Assembly: GCF_964355755.1 (NCBI RefSeq)
Contig: NC_092675.1
Location: forward strand, 30,786,912-30,850,911
DNA length: 64,000 nucleotides
Reading direction: 5' to 3'
Source: Antedon mediterranea
Lineage: Eukaryota > Animalia > Echinodermata
The translations under genes and the position numbers were made by a program. The notes beneath the pieces were generated by a model. It had not been told where the DNA came from. It searched no databases and saw only the letters and a program-made list of their open reading frames with translations. Below are positions 11,733-23,943 of this stretch, in pieces. Positions within the stretch are counted from its first letter, which is position 1. The number at the start of each line of letters is the position of its first letter.

Positions 11733-14700
11733 ATGGCGGCGCACAGGCAGAACACGTTGAAATACGAGGGTTGTAATTTTTTACGACAAAGACTAATTTT
11801 AGCCACTTTAAGTGGTAAATCAGTAAAAATAACAAAGATTAGAGACAAAGACGATGATCCTGGTTTGAAAGGTACTAAAATAAAAGTTAAAATGTGTTAA
11901 TATTACGTTCCTAAGACCTGGGCTAGGCCTAGCTAGTTGAGTTAGTAAAGAAAGGATAGTTAGACTAGCCGTAGAGGGCCCAGTCTAAGATAGATGTACA
12001 AATCAGGACGTTTCGTCCCACGGACATTTCGGCCACTTTGAATCACTCTTCCCGTGATTTGTTGATTTATACTTTTTTTAAATGGATAATTATTATATAT
12101 ATTTAATTTTTAATTTACACTAACTTTGTAATAATTTAATTTTAAACAATTAATACACACAATGATGACATCACATGTGATTTTTATACTTATTATTATT
12201 TTTATTTATTCAATTTCTGCCATATACATAACAAAGAAGACAAAACAATTATAAAAGGAGGCACGGTTAGGGTTTTTTTATGTATGTGGTTTTTACTGAA
12301 CATTTAATTGATGAAGAAGATGGGTGTGTGTTGGGATGCTCCACTTGAGGGCAGGGTTCATGGAATGTACCATTACCTGATAGGGGTGCTTCATAACATT
12401 TTATAAATTATATATTAGAGTTGTTTGTAGCTCTCTTCTCAAAGAGAATAGGTCAATATTTCGGTTTATCCAGGTAAGCTAGCACTTATAGACTTTTTGT
12501 TGATACAGATTTTGAAGCAAGCCTAATCCGCCTTCTTGATAAACTTACTAATGGTTCAAGAATTGAAGTCAATGAAACAGGTACTACTATTAAGTGTTTG
12601 ATTACTATTTACAGCAGTATATTTATTTGTGCATGTTTTTTTGACGTAACATTTATTTGTGGTTAAGTACCCTGTATGAAAACATGTTATTATCTATTAT
12701 GCAACAGCTCATTTTTTCCACAAAAAAATAGAATATTGTTCTCACCTACTTTTTAATGTTTTTAATGTTTTTGCTATTGTTGTATTTCATTTGGATATGA
12801 ATTCCGAAATAAAGAGAAATGAATCAATGAATGAATTTAACTGTTTTTTTAAAGAAAATGTCATAAATTTATAACCAACAGTTTCTCAATTATTTTGTTC
12901 ATTTCTAAGGCACTAGTCTTCTATACCAGCCAGGACTTTTGATAGGTGGAACACTGGAACATGAATGTAGTTTAGAGAGAGGTCTTGGTTACTATTTAGA
13001 GGTCTTAGTGTGTCTTGCTCCGTTCACCAAAAATTCTCTAAAAATAATTTTACGCGGCGTTACTAATTGTAAAGAAGACCCATCGGTATGATTATAAATA
13101 TTATAATTATCAATTTTTATATATAATTAATAATAACTTGGATAAAAATTTTAAAAAAAAACAATTTGTAGTATAATTGTTTGTTGATAGTTTATCAGAA
13201 TCATTTGTACTTGTTGTAGGTGGATATAATAAGAACAGTGACAATACCATTGATGACTAAATTTGGAATAAGTGAAGGACTTGAACTAAAGGTAAATAGG
13301 TGTTTCACAAACTTATAGATTCATGACTAGAAGTTGGAGAAGTTCAACATTTAGACTTTATTACAATAAATAATTTTCTTATCCATAATAATGAAAATTA
13401 CATTACTCATATGGAGTGGGTAGTATCTCTCCTCTAAAATGTTCTTAAAAGCCTCTGTAAGTCACTCTTAATAAAGCGTGTCCAGCAACTGAGCTTGAGG
13501 TGTAAAATTTGAATCAATTTGTAGCACTTTCAAGTTCAGAGGTGGTTTGATTGCCATCAATTATTATTTAGTCCACTAATTAATTTCAATTACAACACAT
13601 ACTCTAACCAATGGATTACTTTCCATTCAACATTATGATGAATTCCTAGTAATTTACTTAAAATACAGTAGTTATAATATCATTTTAAATTGACTGAATA
13701 GGTCACAAGAAGAGGATCCAAACCTAATGGAGGTGGAGAGGTCATTTTTAAGTGCCCTGTACGTCGCAAGCTTTTACCGTTGCAGTTTGTGAAGCCTGGT
13801 AAAATCAAGAGAATCCGTGGAGTTGCATACGCCATGAGAGTGTCACCAGCAATGGCCAATCGCATTGTGGATTCAACTCGTAGTGTTCTTAACCAATTTG
13901 TTCCTGATATTTATATTTATACTGATCATATGAAAGGTGCTCAATCAGGAAAGTAAGTATGTTTTTATTTTTGAATATCTGATATAAACATTGAACAGAT
14001 TTTGGAAAAAAAATTACTCAACATTTGTATATTTGAATGATGATAACTAACATACACAACCATCTTTCGGGGCAGAAAAACAATTTGGTGATAGTTGGAA
14101 TCTGACATAATGACGTAGTATACTAACCTAAATTTGGCCTAATCAGATTGGAAGCTTGATTTATTTGATAAATTCCAAAAACTGACTTACAATCCCTGAC
14201 AGTTCTGACTCCCAAACTACAATAAATAAGTCAACATCATTGCTGGCCATTTTCAAACCACTGCAGGTTGAGAGCCTTTTCAAGTTGACTCTTGTCTAGT
14301 TTGTGCTATTCTCATCCATGTTATTCTAAGTGCTTGGGAAATATCATCGTGTGATCTCTTTAGTGTCTTACACAGTCATTGACCGCTTTTGTCCTAACAT
14401 CAGTCTGTCATGCTATAAAGATATTATATTGTACTAAATACACTACAGTATACAAAACAGTTTATTGTTAATGTGTTACAATGTTGGTATTCACAAGCTT
14501 CAAAATTAAAGACTACAATTTGTTTTTTTACTAATGAATAAAAAGTTTGTTTTGATATTAATCTTGCATAAGATCTCCTGGATTTGGCCTTTCGTTAGTT
14601 GCTGAAACTACAGAGGGCGGTTTTCTTAGCGCTGAAATGTCATCTAATCAACCTGGTGAGCAGCCATCTATACCAGAAGATATTGGAAGACAGACTGCTC

Positions 14701-15922
14701 AGTTATTACTTGAAGAAGTGTATAGAGTAAGTCATTGTAACTATGTGAAAAATGTAGTGTAGTTTGTTGCTTGCTTACCAGGAATGAGACACCTATACCA
14801 GGTATGAGACACATATACCAGGTGTTATCTTTTAAGTGTCAGGCTTTTATTTAAAGATGTCTTGTATTTTGCTTATTAACATGTTTGATTTAATTTTATA
14901 AATACAAAAACAAAAATTTGGTCAATTTGTATGTACCAGGGATAGCCTTCTAAATCTCCAAAGGGGGATTTACATCCTAAGAGGTCCCCTAAAAAATGTG
15001 CCTAAAGTAATTTGTATACAATATTGGTATTTTCTATTAGGGTGGATGTGTTGATAGTAGACATCAAAGCTTAGCCTTGTTGTTTATGGCATTAGGACAA
15101 TCAGATGTTAGCAAGGTACTAACAGGACCTTTATCACCTTACACGTAAGTATAATAGTACACTGTTGTGTTAATAATTTGATTTGAGCTAATTAAAATAA
15201 ATAATTTAAATTCTGATAGCAAGGATTAGCCCAAGTTTTAAAGGTATTAACTTTCTAAATCCTTGGTCAAAAGTGTTTAGCTAATTCATCAAAATGTATG
15301 GTATGTGCAGTATGTGATTTATAGTAGAGATTACAGAACAACCTTGTAGCCAGATTAAAGCTGCATTGAGTATTGTACCTATTTCACTTCCTGGGATGCT
15401 TCCTGTTTTAGAAGATCACTGGTTATCTATGAATAAAATACAATCTTAACTTACGTAAGGATGCTTTTGATTTGAGAGGACCAAAGAGCTACAGATAATA
15501 ATATGTCACTGGTCATCAATTGAATCTTGATTGTCAAAACTTAAACAGACATCCCAATGTCCTCGCATGCACACAATGTATTAACAGGACAAACTATCTC
15601 CTAGGCTGCTGCAAATCAAAAGCTTCCTAATCATTCTAATAATGATATCCTGTATTTATACATACAGTAATGCCTAACGGTGCAATACCTAGGCACTAGA
15701 ATTATAGGTTTGAATTAACCCACATATGGAGTTTTCTAATATTGGATACTCCTTTTTTTTTATTACAGAATACAATTTTTACGACATTTGCGGGATTTCT
15801 TTCAACTAATGTTTAAGATAGAAGTTCAAAAACAAGAAGATGAGGAGCAGATTGGAGCCGAGAAGGTTTTATTGACGTGTATTGGTGTTGGATTCTCAAA
15901 CTTAAGCAAAACTATTTTATAA
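11733..15922 (+). CDS. RCL1: RNA 3'-terminal phosphate cyclase-like protein (18S rRNA processing), 8 exons
   Basis: Exons approx. 11733-11871, 12509-12580, 12910-13085, 13221-13291, 13702-13952, 14573-14726, 15041-15144 and 15769-15922. Peptides LKYEGCNFLRQRLILATLSGK, FEASLIRLLDKLTNGSRIEVNETGT, GKIKRIRGVAYAMRVSPAMANR, SPGFGLSLVAETT and CIGVGFSNLSKTIL*. Confidence 0.96.
14033..14107 (+). ncRNA. Box C/D snoRNA, SNORD2/snR39B-like, in RCL1 intron 5
   Basis: C box ATGATGA at 14037, guide ACCATCTTTCGGG complementary to LSU rRNA CCCGAAAGAUGGU, D' CAGA, D box CTGA at 14102. Sense to host. Confidence 0.85.
15459..15627. mobile_element. Harbinger-like MITE (169 bp)
   Basis: TIRs ggatgcttttgatttg / caaatcaaaagcttcc, flanked by TAA on both sides. 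Confidence 0.7.
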
Positions 15923-17179
15923 TTTAATTTTAAAAACTGATTTAATTATGGTGCTTCCATCATTTTTATTTTGTTCACACCACATAATGGATTGAGTTTC
16001 CATTTGACCCCATGCATAATGCTTTAGAGTGTAAAGCTGTGATTATTCGCCAGTGTGCAATGACACAAACCAGAATCCAGAGAGTAAAGCAAAATTTCAC
16101 CATCACTAGTGCATTACAGGAGAGTTTCATTTTTTACAATTATATTGTAATTATTGTATACATGTTGTAGATTAAATGAAATCATTGTAAACATTGCTTA
16201 GTCGTAATACATTTTGGGTTTATGTCTATAGCACACTTAAGCACCTTTCTCACATGCATTCCTGGAAAATGTTGTTATATAGGCTTGCAATGAGGATGTT
16301 TCCAACACAATATTTATTGAGGGTGGTTTTGTTTGCATCTATGCAGTACATCTGCGACAGTCTCAGCAATTCATTAGTAACTGTTCTACAGTTTTTTACT
16401 TTAAACAATTTGTCATCGAATGCTTGTAACATCCTAGTACAGTAATATTACTATAGGTCTTTATATAGCAGATATATGGGGTTCGAATCCTTTATAGTTA
16501 GAGGGTTAAGTTCAATTATATTTAGGAAGTAGTTTGGCTATCTTTCCACGTAAGGAGTCCCCAACTCATTTAAGGGAAAAAAAAAATCGCCTCCCGGACT
16601 TAACGTATTTGTTTCGTATCCTGTCGTCTCATAAAGTAGTCAGAAATGTTTGTAAATGAAATGAATGACATTTAATATTTAGTTTTTGTAATTTAATTTT
16701 CAATATAACTAAATTATTCTTCATGTAAATGAAGATTACAATCATTTTGTAGACATTTAAATAAAATGCATTATTAAAAACTTCTTTAAAGTAAACAAAC
16801 TTGATAAGAACTGGAGAAACATCAATTTCTACAACACGATAAACTTGTTAAAAATGCAATAATAAATGTGATAAATATGCCAATTTTCAAACCACTTAAG
16901 AGGAGACTCTACCTCTGCTGCAACAGCAGACTAAAATAAATTTAAACTTACAATAAGGGGCAGGGTTTTCTAAAAGGAATAAAAAGTCTATGAATAATAC
17001 TAAAACAAGTAGTTGATATATTGCATTTAGCTCTATTGTTTTGTTATTTAATAGCCAGACATGGTAACATTCACACACACTGTTGAGAAGGAATTTGTAG
17101 ACAGTGATCTGTGGTAGCGGCGGCGGCACACCACCAGCCTTAAAATGTGCAGAAACTTAAAGCAGCAAAAGCTAATTAT

Positions 17180-20100
17180 CTATAATTCATCATGCGTTTC
17201 TTTGTCCTCTTCTTCGTCTTCAGTGGCATCAGCTTCTGGTTCTGGCGTCTCTTCATCTTCATCATCCTCTTCCTCCTCCTCCCCTTCTTCTTCCTCTGCC
17301 TCATCTTTCCTTTTCTTCTCTTCCTCCTCTCTCTTTTTCTTCTCTTCTTCATCTTGTGAATCTTTCATTTTTTTTTCTCCAGTCTGTAAAATATAAAGTA
17401 TAATATAGAATACTTTATCATAGAGTTATACAAATAGCCAATTTGGTTGTTACAAACTTATTCAAAAACATGTCAGATTCCAACTATCACCAAATTGTTT
17501 TTCTGCCCCGAAAGATGGTTGTGTATGTTGGTTATCATCATTCCAAATGACAAAGCTATATATTTCAAATAATGTACAATTACATACCTTTGTTGCTTCA
17601 AATAAATCTTTAGCCTGCGTTTCTGCTTCTTCGATGTCATTACCAATATAAATGTTATCAAAGATTGTTCCAGATTTTACCTAGAAAAGAAAGACATTTA
17701 ATATTTCTTGTTGGAATAGTTGGGTACAACAAATTTGCATACAAATGTGTCAAGCCTCTATATCAATATATCATGTGTAGTATTTACCTGCCATAAATCA
17801 AATCCTATAGCAGACAAGTCTTCCTGTTTGTATAATTCATCGTCGGCTTCGTATTCAGGATTATCTATTTCTGGATGGATCCATTTGCCTTTATAATTTG
17901 GATTATCAATCTGTTTTGGTTTCCATTCTCCCTGAAAATAAAAATTAATGTTGTATCACATTGAAAATATACACGAATACACATGATGTTGTATCACATT
18001 GGAAAGTATACACAAATACACATGATGTTGTATCATATTTCACTACACAGCATTATCAGTAAGTAATATGCTGAACAATAGTTCATAGAGCCAAATCGAG
18101 ATACATCGCGATAATTCTATGAAAGATGCATCAAGATATTAAACATGCTAAATAACAAATTTACAATAATTATACATAAAAAATTCCCTTCAATCAGTAC
18201 AATCCTCTCCTCAAAACCATAAATCGACCCCTTATTTGATAAATATAATAATGGCGAAATATTCAAATTATTGCATTTGTCAGATTCCAACAATCACCAT
18301 AGTAAAGTCTGCCCCGAAAGATGGTTGATGTAAGTTGATTATCATCATTCAAAATTGCTTTTCCTAATAAATTCAAATCAAAATTGCAACATTTTAAAAT
18401 GGTTACTTACTTTGCACCCAATACCTTTCTTTAAATCTTATTAATATCATAGAGCCAAAGCGGGATACATAGCAATAATTGTTAAACCTTTTTATTTGTT
18501 TTTATTGCATTTGTTATTTAAATTGTGCAGTATTTTTGTAAATACGTTTTTAGCAATACGGCTGAACAAATAAATTTACATTCATTTAATCAATTCTATA
18601 CTTTTATGTTAATTATTAAAACATGTTGTTTACTAAAGTACTAAGTTCTTTTGCTGCTCACCTTGTATTCTGGATTGTCAACCTGAGGTGGTTCCCATTC
18701 TCCATCCATTTCATCATCCCAGTCTTCTGGTTTCTCTGCATCAGGATCAGAGATGAATTCGGGCTTTTCCCAATCCTACAAAAAAAAACAAAGGTGGTTG
18801 TTGTTTAATGTTGGGATCAACTGCTGATTTGGCGCCGGAATTGTTAATAGGGTTATTCCATTAAAAAATAGGGTTGTGGATGTTTATTGTGTGCAGGTAC
18901 GTCATTACATTTTTTTTATAACATAATTTTACTTTCTATCGACCAGAGATTAAGAAAAAAAAGATTGAATAAATGAATGAATAAGGTATTGAGTGTGTTT
19001 TCCTTTCCTGGCCTGTTTCAACTGGAAGTTTCATAAGCTTTATAACATTATTAGTACTATTAGAATAGTACATTATTAGTACTATTAGAATAGTACTATT
19101 GAATACAACTATACATTACATGTTGTACAAGCACAATTCAGCAAACATTGGTTTATGAATTTATTAATAAAATTTGGTAAAACAAATGATCATCTGTGCT
19201 ATTATTGCAAAATCTGCTGGTAACCATTGAAATTATAAAATATATCAACAATAGACATCTATTGTTATAGAAATTGTACAGACTACCATCATAAAATTAA
19301 TTGAAAGATATGCAATTGATTAGTATTGAGGCAGCAAGACAATGAAAAGTACCTCTGGTTTGGCGTCTTCTGGGTCATCAATCTTCTCATTATCATCCCA
19401 ATCTTCAGGCTTGGATGCCTCTGGGTCTTTGATTGTCTTTGGTGGCAGGAAGTCCCAGTCTTCCTCAAGATTACCAGACTCTGCTTTCTTGTTATCAATG
19501 CGTACTTCATACGTGTTATCTGGTTTCACTATCAGTGTGTATAAATGTGTGAATTCATCATCCTGAAACAAAAGAATTTTTAAATAATTATTGACATCAG
19601 TGTCACTCAATCTATGGAGCTAATTTTATAGCTCCATTCTCAATCTATGACGGGTGCATTAAAACAACAAAATATTAAATAGCAATCAATTTACAATAAA
19701 TTATACAGAAAAAATTCCCTTCAATCAGTACAATTCACTCCTCTTCACGACCCCTTATGTGATCAAATATATTAATAGTAAAATGTTAATCACAAGGTTT
19801 AAATTATTGCATTTGTCAGATTCCAACAATCACCATAGTAAAGTCTGCCCCGAAAGATGGTTGATGTAAGTTGATTATCATCATTCAAAATTGCACTTTT
19901 TTATGATTTCTTAATAAATTTAAAATTGCAACATTTTAAAATGGTTACTTACTTTGCACCTAATATCTTTCTTTACTAATAAATTCTTTCCTTTGTAATG
20001 GAAAATGACGTGAACTTTTTTGGTTCCTGGTCCGCAAATATCTGGCCCTGTAAATTAACGATACAAATTAATAATCACCTTTTAATCTAGTTATTATTTT

Positions 20101-22912
20101 TAGAAATTTAATTTCAACCTCATCCAATCGTAACTACATGTAAGTCGCGTCTAAAACAGGATAAATACAATAAATAAGTACACAATATAAATATTGATGT
20201 CAATTTCTGTTAAGAACTAACTTAAGTTTTTATTTCAAGTACCATACTTACCAAACATAATGGCGTACTGAGAATCACCATGCATATCTTCCTGATCAAG
20301 TGTGGATGGGAATATTTTAAGGTATCCACCACCACAATCTATCTTTTGTTCATGTTTTACTGTAAATTGGATTACTAGATCACTTCCCTCTGTGTTTACT
20401 TTATCAAAAGTTGCTGAAATCCCATAGAATCTTGCATCTTGAGTTGTCTGTATACCTACATTGATTGATGAAAATTATGTGTTAACTGAATACAATAATT
20501 TGAATGCCGGCACTATGTATAATTTTGTAGGGCCTCTTCAAGTCAGCTGTACTGCTGTAGTACAGCTGTTAGAGCTACCCTTTTGTAAAACAAAGTTGAA
20601 TAAATACATTTCTTATTTAACAGTATGAAACAGATTGCCACAAATTGTTATTATAATTGCATACATCATTTAACTAGTAACTTCTACTGTAGAATGGTCG
20701 AATGTATCAAAAGTGGGTTTGAATAAAAGTATATCAGTATGCCTAATTATTGAACAATAATTTGTACCTTTATCTTTTTCTGCATCACCATAAAATTTTC
20801 CAGCAGTTAGCTTCCATTTTCCCTGTTGATCTGATTTGTGTTTTGATTCTACCCACCTTTTTTCCCATGCATCTATATAACAAAAACCCCAAAAAACAGA
20901 TGTTTTGTTAGTATTCAAAATTACTATCAGTAATTAGTAATTACAATATTAATTAATTGTAGATTTTAGAGATTGTAAAGTTTTAAGAACACTCTAACAG
21001 ATGTGATTTTGGGTCTGATAATTTTTCAGTTTACAAATTTAACAGAATAAAATGTTATAAATAAATATGAAGAATAAATTGATTTTTTTTTAAAGAGACG
21101 AGAAATTGAACGGCCAAGCTAGTAGTGCGACTGGACTCATATGCGACTATGGTGGGGCTACCTCTAGAGACTAGGCCTAAAGTACTATGTTTACATCTTA
21201 TTATGTGTTCAAATTCTGCACAATTTTAAATTACGCAAGTAAATTCTGGCGCAAATTTAAATTGCACAAATTACGCATAATTAGGGCCTAGGCTAATTGG
21301 TGAAAGTAACCAACATCTAATAAAGTACGCCGTGGCTAAAGATACGGTACCGTATCCTAACTTCCGTTTACTAAAGGTACGGTAATCAGCCAATGGGGTG
21401 ATGGTACGTGTGTGACGTCATCGTATAAGGACTTTGGATTTTTTTTCACATCGAGTCTGTAGAGAATGGCTATCGGCGGCGCCAGGCTGCATGGATGTGT
21501 GCGCTGATGATTCTGTGACTCGGCCTCGGGGCTAGACCTAGCAATGTTGAATCCAGAATCGTTGATGCTGTAGTAATAGAGCAAGATCATGTGGTTGGTG
21601 GACGTTACATAAAGCGTTTAAAACATGCACTCAATCTCAAATATTATTTCATTATACAACATTAAACACTACACTACAGTAGAAATATGTTGATAGCCAA
21701 ATTGGAAGTCAAGAAGGAATTAATTCAATGTTGGAAATTGTGTTGCGTCTAGTTCATTCGTCCATAGGCCTATACTGTAGTTACTATGAGGGTTTTATTT
21801 TTATTCCAAATGGCCTATTAGGCCTATATTTTTTAATAAACTTTGTTTACGGATGGTGACCATAAACAAAATGCAAATGCGGACAATAAAGGGGCCCTCA
21901 AATACTATGATTTAGACAATAGGCCTAGCCCCAGGTCTTATAGTCACAGAAATCAGCGCACACATGCAGCTGACCCTAGCCTGGCAGGCCTGGCAAACTC
22001 ACATACCGAGGCTATAGGTTATAGCATGGTTATAGTACGTAGTAGGCCTCTTTTGAAACGGTAAATTTCTGTATTCTAGAATTAAAATCAACATGTTTTG
22101 GCCTATCAATAATAATAGGCCTAGGCTACATTTAGTTTTGTTACACACGACGGGGATAATAGCGATAAATTATTAAATGAAGCATATTATTAAAGAAAAT
22201 GTTAAGCCGCCGGTTGATCACTGTTTTCGCGATATGAAAAAAAATCCCAAGTCCCTACTATACAATGACGTCACACACATTATTACCAGCACCCCATTGG
22301 CTGACTATGACATAATGCAATTTTACCGTACCTTTAGCAAACGGAAGTTAGGATACGGTACCGTATCTTTAGCCACGGCGAATAAAGTAGGCATTGGTTG
22401 GTTAAAAAAGCTCGCATAACAATAGCATGCACATTTTATTCATACATAGGCCTATATCTTAGAGAATTATTCATATATATTATTATTTATAAATTATAAA
22501 TCATTCATTAAAATCAATCAAATCATCGACTCGTGACACGACAGTTCCAGCAGTTGAGACTTGAATGAATTGAATTTCTAGGCCTAGGCTAATTAAAGTA
22601 TTAAGCTATATCATGGTTTGCAATATGCACTCTCTCTAACCCTAACCTTGGCCTATTCTATCAGTTGATCACCAGCAGTTTCCGATCTTTCATAAGGCCA
22701 GCATAGCCTTCTAGCTAGCCTAAATAAGCCCGGCGAAGAACTCCCTATGCAAGACATCAGGCCCCGCATCTATCGGGCACTTCCACATTTTAATTTACTT
22801 TTTTAGTAGGGCATTCATCATACTTACCATCATCAAATTGTTCTTGAAAATATACAGTAGCATTACTGATTACTGCACTAAGTGCAACTATGAGAAATAA
22901 CAAAAACTTCAT
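17180..22912 (-). CDS. CALR: Calreticulin, 9 exons
   Basis: Exons approx. 22828-22912, 20768-20872, 20252-20455, 19953-20047, 19353-19562, 18662-18775, 17788-17931, 17588-17680 and 17180-17383. Signal peptide MKFLLFLIVALSAVISNA, KHEQKIDCGGGY, IMFGPDICGPGTKKVH, P-domain repeats (DPEASKPEDWD), acidic tail and HDEL*. Confidence 0.98.
17471..17552 (-). ncRNA. Box C/D snoRNA, SNORD2/snR39B-like, in CALR intron 8
   Basis: Minus strand tgtca...ATGATGA...ACCATCTTTCGGGG CAGA...CTGAca. Nearly identical to the RCL1 copy; D box ~90 nt from the 3' splice site. Confidence 0.87.
18278..18352 (-). ncRNA. Box C/D snoRNA, SNORD2/snR39B-like, in CALR intron 6
   Basis: Same C, D' and D boxes and guide; identical to the intron 4 copy. 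Confidence 0.8.
19814..19888 (-). ncRNA. Box C/D snoRNA, SNORD2/snR39B-like, in CALR intron 4
   Basis: Same C, D' and D boxes and guide sequence; sense to host. Confidence 0.85.
21328..22380. mobile_element. Non-autonomous foldback DNA transposon, Mutator/MULE-like (1053 bp), in CALR intron 1
   Basis: ~130-150-bp TIRs beginning cgccgtggctaaagatacggtaccgtatcctaacttccg; perfect 9-bp TSD aataaagta at 21319-21327 and 22381-22389. Confidence 0.88.
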
Positions 22913-23097
22913 GTTGTGAGTGAATTTTAACTGAAATTTATCACCTACACACACTCCCCACCGCCTATAGAAAATAATATCTTTGCTTCTATATTCATTC
23001 AGCAGAAGTTAAAACACATCATATACCATTTCCACGTGAAAACGCCGACAGATGGCCAAACCTGATTGGCTCGAAACCCAGGGTTATGAAGTTTTGT

Positions 23098-23116
23098 CCA
23101 ATCAGCATTAACCACG
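23098..23116 (+). promoter_or_regulatory. ER stress response element (ERSE, CCAAT-N9-CCACG) in the calreticulin promoter
   Basis: ccaat cagcattaa ccacg is an exact consensus match ~190 bp upstream of the CALR ATG. Extra CCACGTG sites near 23031 and 23146, ATTGG near 23065. Confidence 0.85.
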
Positions 23117-23483
23117 CAAAAACGTCGCGTTTAAGTCAATCGCCCCCACGTGGCGAAACCATCCTGCTTTATAAATATTAGGCTTCATTCAGACCGTATT
23201 AATAACAAAGTAACAGGATTAGAGTCTACGAGAGATAGAAAAAAATAAAAACGATCGAAATCATCAATCACCAACTTTGATTTTTGTTACTCGATTGTTG
23301 TGACTATGTGTCTCGCGTGATCAATGAGTGAGTGGATGGAATAATATTTGATAGTTAAAACAGTAAGTATTTATAAATATAAACCTAATTTTATAAACCT
23401 AAGCCTAGCTAGCCTAGGACTAACACACTCTGACTCAGGCTCTCTCCTCCTCCTCTCTCTGCATGCTAGCTAGGCCTAGCTAA

Positions 23484-23856
23484 AGCCGATTTTCCACTAG
23501 GCGAATTTGTTCGCGCGAATCGAAAGCGTCATGCTATGCGCATGCGTATTCGCGTTTCTGTCTGTCATACTGCCTTCTTCGACGAATTCTATTCTATTCT
23601 ATTTCGCTTCAGCAAAATTTACTAGTTCGAATTGTTTCTACTTTTTGCGAAGCGAAACATTGCGCAACCAATCAGAGCTCAGGAAATGAGCTATGACGCT
23701 TTCATGAGCACTCATGCGAATCGAAATGCTCAGCAACCACGCGAGGAACATGAACGTCGCAGCTATTCGCTCATGTAGTGGAAAGAGAGTAGGCGATTTA
23801 TTTCTCTTCGAAACGTTGGATTCGCGCGAACAAATTCGCTTAGTGGAAAATCAGCT
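23484..23856. mobile_element. Harbinger/PIF-like MITE (373 bp)
   Basis: ~38-bp TIRs agccgattttccactaggcgaatttgttcgcgcgaatc / gattcgcgcgaacaaattcgcttagtggaaaatcagct; TAA TSD. Confidence 0.88.
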
Positions 23857-23943
23857 TAAGAGCAAAGAATATATATCACAAGAATGAGTATTCCGCGATT
23901 TTTGCATGAGAAATTTGTAACAGAGAGCTCCAGTGAGTGATGC

